Shown here piece after piece: positions 60,386 through 64,000 of a stretch of DNA of 64,000 nucleotides. The translations under genes and the position numbers were made by a program. Origin of the DNA: Achromobacter spanius (GTDB taxonomy: Bacteria; Pseudomonadota; Gammaproteobacteria; Burkholderiales; Burkholderiaceae_B); contig NZ_CP034689.1 of assembly GCF_003994415.1 (NCBI RefSeq), forward strand, positions 5,733,280-5,797,279. Direction: 5' to 3'. Below the pieces are notes generated by a model that saw only the letters and a list, made by a program, of their open reading frames with translations, did no database searches and was not told the DNA's origin. How positions within the stretch are numbered: position 1 is the first letter of the stretch; the number at the start of each line of letters is the position of its first letter.

Positions 60386-61502
60386 ATGAAATTCAACGTC
60401 CGCCCGCTGCTGGGCGCCTCCTGCCTGATGTTGTCGCTGGCCGGCGCCGGCGCGCAGGCGCAGGAAACCGTGAAGATGGGCGCCGTCCTGTCCCTGACCG
60501 GCGCCAACGCCACCGTGGGCGAAGATGTGCGCCGCGCCGTGGACCTGGCCGTGGAAAAGGTCAATGCCGACGGCGGCGTGTTGGGCAAGAAGTTCGCCGT
60601 GGTCATCGAAGACTCCGGCGGCAACCCCACCACCGCCTTGAACGCCGCGCGCAAGCTGGTCAGCGTGGACAAGGTGCCGGTGGTCATCGGCGAATACTCG
60701 TCGGGCATTTCCATTCCGCTGGGCCAGTACCTGGTGAAGGAAGGCGTAACGCACATCAACATCGCCAGCACCAGCGTCAAGATCCGCGACCTGGGCGCCA
60801 CGTCTTTCAACCTGATCGGCCTGGAAGACAAGGGCAACCGCTTCTCGGCCAAGGACACCTGGGACCAGGGCCTACCGCAACGTGGCCATCATTGCGCCCA
60901 ACAACGCCTACGGCCAGGGCGTGGCGCATGGCTACAAGGAAGAATTCGAAAAGCTGGGCGGCAAGATCGTGACCGAAGTGCTGTACACCGCCGGCCAGTC
61001 CACCTACCGCCGCGAGCTGCAGCAGATGTCGCGCAGCAAGCCCGACGCCTACATCTACACCGCCTACGGCCAGGAATCGGCCGTGATCAATCGCGAGGCC
61101 TTTGAACTGGGCCTGCGCAAGACGCCGTGGTACGGCATCCTGCTGAGCATGTGCCTGAGCGACACGCCGGCCAACATCGCGCAAGGCCAGATCGGCATGG
61201 AAGTGGGCTCGGTGCTGGGTCCCAAGGGCCGCGAATACGCCGAAGCGTTCAAGGCCCGATACAAGGAAGGCTTCAAGACGTCTTACACCGGCTACGCCTA
61301 TGACGCCGTGCTGCTGACCGCCGCCGCCATGAACCAGGCCAAGTCCACCGCGCCCGCCGACATCCAGGCCGCGCTGACCCAACTGGGCCAGAAGGGCTAC
61401 GAAGGCGTCACCGGCTTCATCAAGTTCGATAGCGACCGCCAGCGCATCGACCCGCCCTACGCCAAGCTGAAGTCCGATCAAGGCAAGATCGTCGTACGTT
61501 GA
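60386..61502 (+). pseudogene. livK: Branched-chain amino-acid ABC transporter substrate-binding protein (LivJ/LivK-like). It is apparently disrupted by a +1 frameshift near 60868-60872, so it is either a pseudogene or a sequencing error.
   Basis: The signal peptide and N-terminal half (MKFNVRPLLGASCLMLSLAGAGAQAQETVKMGAVLSLTGANATVGED...) are in one frame up to about 60870. The C-terminal half (YRNVAIIAPNNAYGQGVAHGYKEEFEKLGGKIV...) continues in another frame. An extra C in a GGCC run would explain the shift. Confidence 0.7.
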
Positions 61503-61511
61503 TAAGGCCTT

Positions 61512-61548
61512 GGCCGGCGCCGTTGGGGAATGGTGCCGGCCTTTTTTT
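61512..61548 (+). terminator. Rho-independent terminator/attenuator between livK and livH.
   Basis: ggccggcgcc-gttggggaat-ggtgccggcc followed by ttttttt. Confidence 0.75.
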
Positions 61549-61551
61549 CGC

Positions 61552-61587
61552 GCCGTCTTCCCTGCCGTCTTTCCCGCTGTCTTTCGA
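61552..61587. repeat. Three tandem copies of a 12-nt unit (gccgtcttccct / gccgtctttccc / gctgtctttcga) in the livK-livH intergenic region.
   Basis: Seen directly. The reverse-strand ORF through this region also shows a KTAGKTAGKTA peptide repeat. Confidence 0.6.
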
Positions 61588-61596
61588 GTCAACAAG

Positions 61597-62490
61597 ATGA
61601 TCCAGATCCTCGTCGACACGCTGCTACGCTGCTCGGACCTGGCGCTGATCGCGCTGGGCCTGAGCATGGTGTATGGGCTGGTCAAATTTCCGAACATCGC
61701 CCACATGCAATACGCCATGGTGGGCGCGTACCTTACCTATGCGCTAAGCGCCGTGGCCCTGCCCTTGCCGCTGGCGCTGCTGGCCGCCAGCCTGCTGACC
61801 GGCGCCATGGCGCTGGCCTTCCACCTGCTGGTGTTCCGCCGCCTGCTGCGCGCGGGACCCGCCATCACCATGATCGGCTCGCTGGCGCTGTCCATGCTGC
61901 TGATTGCGTTCTGCCAGGGCATTGCCGGGTCGTTCCCGCGGATGTTCAACCTGCCCCTGTCCGAGCCGATCTGGCTGGGGGATGCCAGCGTTACGGTCAC
62001 GCAAATAGCCGCGGTGTCGACCACCGCCGTGCTGCTGGCGGCCTTCACGCTGCTGTTGTTCTACACCCGCGCCGGCCGCGCCATGCGCGCACTGTCGTGC
62101 AACCCTGCGCTGGCCGACGCCAGCGGCTTGAACGCCTCGCGCATTACCTGCCAGGTGGCGTTTGCCAGCGGCGCGCTGGCCGGCCTGGGCGGTGGTTTGC
62201 TGGCCTTGTCCACGGGCGCGCACATCAACCTGGGCACCGACCTGCTGCTGCCCGTGTTCGCCGCCGCCATTCTGGGCGGCCTGGGCAACCCCTTGGGCGC
62301 GGTCGCGGGCGCGTTCCTGATTGCGTTCACCGAAACGCTGGTGACCAACCTGAACTTCGGCTGGCTCTACGCCAAGCCGGTGGCGTTCCTGCCCGTGGCT
62401 TACATCAGCGCGGCCTCGTTCCTGATCCTGCTGCTGGCCTTGCTGTTCAAGCCCTACGGCCTGTTTGACCGCGAGGTGCGCCGTGTTTGA
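61597..62490 (+). CDS. livH: Branched-chain amino-acid ABC transporter permease.
   Basis: It reads MIQILVDTLLRCSDLALIALGLSMVYGLVKFPNIAHMQYAMVGAY, the typical LivH start. 297 aa. Confidence 0.9.
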   Translation: MIQILVDTLLRCSDLALIALGLSMVYGLVKFPNIAHMQYAMVGAYLTYALSAVALPLPLALLAASLLTGAMALAFHLLVFRRLLRAGPAITMIGSLALSMLLIAFCQGIAGSFPRMFNLPLSEPIWLGDASVTVTQIAAVSTTAVLLAAFTLLLFYTRAGRAMRALSCNPALADASGLNASRITCQVAFASGALAGLGGGLLALSTGAHINLGTDLLLPVFAAAILGGLGNPLGAVAGAFLIAFTETLVTNLNFGWLYAKPVAFLPVAYISAASFLILLLALLFKPYGLFDREVRRV

Positions 62491-63370
62491 TTTCCTGATC
62501 TCTTCGTTAACCTTCGGCGCCATCTTCGCCTTGATGGCGCTGGGCCTGAACCTGCAGGCGGGCCTGGCCGGCCTGCTGAACTTTGGCCACATCGCGTTCG
62601 CGGGTATCGGGGCTTACGGCACCGGCATCGCCGTTCATGCGGGCTGGCATCCGGCGCTGGGCGCGGTGGCCGGCGTTGCCGTCGCCATGGCGCTGGGCTG
62701 GGGCATTGCGCGGCTGGGCAAGCAATTGGCGGCCGACTACTGGGGCATCGCCACGCTGGCCATTGCCGAGATCATCCGCACCATCGCCACCAACGAACTC
62801 TGGCTGACCAATGGCGCGCAGGGCATCAGCGGGATTCCCGCCGTGTTCGGCGGCATGGACGGCAAAAGCGGCGCGCTGGCCTTCCTGGGCCTCGTGCTGG
62901 TGTTGGCGGCAGCCGCCGCCGTGTTGCTGCGCAGGCTGGCCTACAGCCGCTTCGGCCGCGCCCTGCGTGTCATGCGCGAAGAACCGAAGCTGGCGGCCTG
63001 CATGGGCTACGACCTGATGTCCTTGAAGTCCCGCGCCGTCATGGCGGGCGCGGCGGTCACGGCGCTGGCGGGTTCGCTCTACGCGCACTACATGAGCTTT
63101 GTGGGCCCTGACTATCTGCTGGCGTCGGAAACCTTCCTGCTGTGGACCATGTTGATGATCGGCGGCATCGGCAATTTCTCCGGCGTGGTGCTGGGCGTGG
63201 TGCTGGTACAGACCGCCTACACGCTGGTGCCGTTCGCCAAGGATGCATTCGGCTTTGGCTCCGACATTGCCGGCGCGCTGCGTCTGGGCCTGATCGGATT
63301 CATTCTGCTGGGATGCCTGTTGTGGCGCAGCGAAGGGCTGCTGCCGGAAAAGATGAGGAAGATGCCATGA
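62483..63370 (+). CDS. livM: Branched-chain amino-acid ABC transporter permease.
   Basis: A LivM-like membrane protein (VFDFLISSLTFGAIFALMALGLNLQAG...). The GTG at 62483 overlaps the livH stop; the ORF track gives an alternative TTG start at 62465. Confidence 0.85.
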   Translation: MFDFLISSLTFGAIFALMALGLNLQAGLAGLLNFGHIAFAGIGAYGTGIAVHAGWHPALGAVAGVAVAMALGWGIARLGKQLAADYWGIATLAIAEIIRTIATNELWLTNGAQGISGIPAVFGGMDGKSGALAFLGLVLVLAAAAAVLLRRLAYSRFGRALRVMREEPKLAACMGYDLMSLKSRAVMAGAAVTALAGSLYAHYMSFVGPDYLLASETFLLWTMLMIGGIGNFSGVVLGVVLVQTAYTLVPFAKDAFGFGSDIAGALRLGLIGFILLGCLLWRSEGLLPEKMRKMP

Positions 63371-64000
63371 CCACCCCTTATGCATTGCAGGTCGATTCGG
63401 TGGCGAAGGCGTTTGGCGGCAATCGCGTGCTGGAAAAAGTAGGCTTTGCCATCCGCCCCGGCGAAATCGTGGGCCTGCTAGGCCCCAACGGTTCGGGCAA
63501 GAGCACGTTGCTGAACACCATTACCGGTTTCGAATCCATCGACGCCGGCAGCGTCCAGTTCGAAGGCCGGCGCATTGATGCGCTCAGCGCACACCAGATC
63601 GTTCGCGCTGGCATCGCGCGCAGTTTTCAGTTGCCCTCGATGCCGCGCAAGATGTCGGTGGCCGAAGTGGCAATGGCCGCGTCGGTAGAGCACCACGGCG
63701 TCTGGGAAAGCCTGTTCGGCACGCGGGCGGCGCGGCAGGCGGAAGCCCGTGCGCGGGCGCGGGCCGACGCGCTGCTGGAGCAACTGTTGCTGACGCCGGT
63801 GCGCGATTTGTCCGCCGCCGCGATCTCGGGCGGACAGAAAAAGCTGCTGGGTATCGTCTGCGCGCTGATGGCGCATCCGCGCATGCTGATGCTGGATGAA
63901 CCCACCGCGGGCGTGCATCCGAATCTGCGCAGCGACATCGTCGGTGCCTTGCAGCGCCTGAACCAGGCCGGCATGACGATCGTGATCGTCGAGCACGACA
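63367..64000 (+). CDS. livG: Branched-chain amino-acid ABC transporter ATP-binding protein. It is partial: the C-terminus lies beyond the window.
   Basis: It begins MTTPYALQVDSVAKAFGGNRVLEKVGFAIRPGEIVGLLGPNGSGKSTLLN (Walker A) and has the signature LSGGQKKLL. The ATG overlaps the livM stop. There is no stop codon before position 64000. Confidence 0.88.
   Translation, partial: MTTPYALQVDSVAKAFGGNRVLEKVGFAIRPGEIVGLLGPNGSGKSTLLNTITGFESIDAGSVQFEGRRIDALSAHQIVRAGIARSFQLPSMPRKMSVAEVAMAASVEHHGVWESLFGTRAARQAEARARARADALLEQLLLTPVRDLSAAAISGGQKKLLGIVCALMAHPRMLMLDEPTAGVHPNLRSDIVGALQRLNQAGMTIVIVEHD

Overview
This is a high-GC (roughly 65-68%) betaproteobacterial chromosome segment whose gene content resembles Alcaligenaceae (Achromobacter/Bordetella-like). 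Every protein call below comes from reading the translated ORFs against family-level knowledge; no database search was run. Coding density is high and most genes are ordinary core metabolism, signalling and transport. I see no CRISPR array, integrase, transposase or clear prophage, and no obvious horizontally acquired defence island.

Genes recognised, from left to right:
- The tail of an LPS/O-antigen sugar locus on the minus strand: a partial nucleotide-sugar dehydrogenase and a WbpL/WecA-type transferase.
- coq7, an OsmC-family gene, thyA, an MHYT-GGDEF-EAL c-di-GMP gene, then folA.
- A MocR-regulated beta-alanine catabolic module: MocR regulator, omega-transaminase and mmsA.
- A 10-kb operon with an M81 (MlrC-like) peptidase, a DppABC(DF)-type ABC importer, an amidase and a second M81 peptidase.
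- A DUF945 (YdgA-like) protein with a C-terminal YbjN-like extension.
- The gcvTHP glycine cleavage operon on the minus strand behind a tandem glycine riboswitch.
- zupT, sodB, an SPFH/flotillin-like gene, an HI0933-family flavoprotein, a large Orn/Lys/Arg decarboxylase, a GNAT gene, a membrane GGDEF gene, a VOC-GNAT fusion and dcd.
- tamB-tamA, apbC, metG, a TrhO-like rhodanese, two tandem META/HslJ lipoproteins, an acyltransferase-3 gene and an XRE regulator.
- An unusual 575-bp AT-rich gap, an orphan OmpR-like regulator, an RCK K+ channel, a CSS-EAL phosphodiesterase, a phasin-like gene with phaB, and a liv branched-chain amino-acid ABC operon (livK apparently frameshifted, livH, livM, partial livG).

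Non-coding observations of note:
- A possible small RNA in the AT-rich gap, ending in a strong minus-strand rho-independent terminator.
- A roughly 146-bp imperfect inverted repeat (MITE/REP-like) between folA and the MocR gene.
- A palindrome-rich 745-bp low-GC leader between coq7 and the LPS locus.
- Several clean intrinsic terminators.

I found no convincing undescribed multi-gene system. The most unusual items are the MlrC-ABC-amidase-MlrC operon, the DUF945-YbjN fusion and the AT-rich region with its candidate sRNA.
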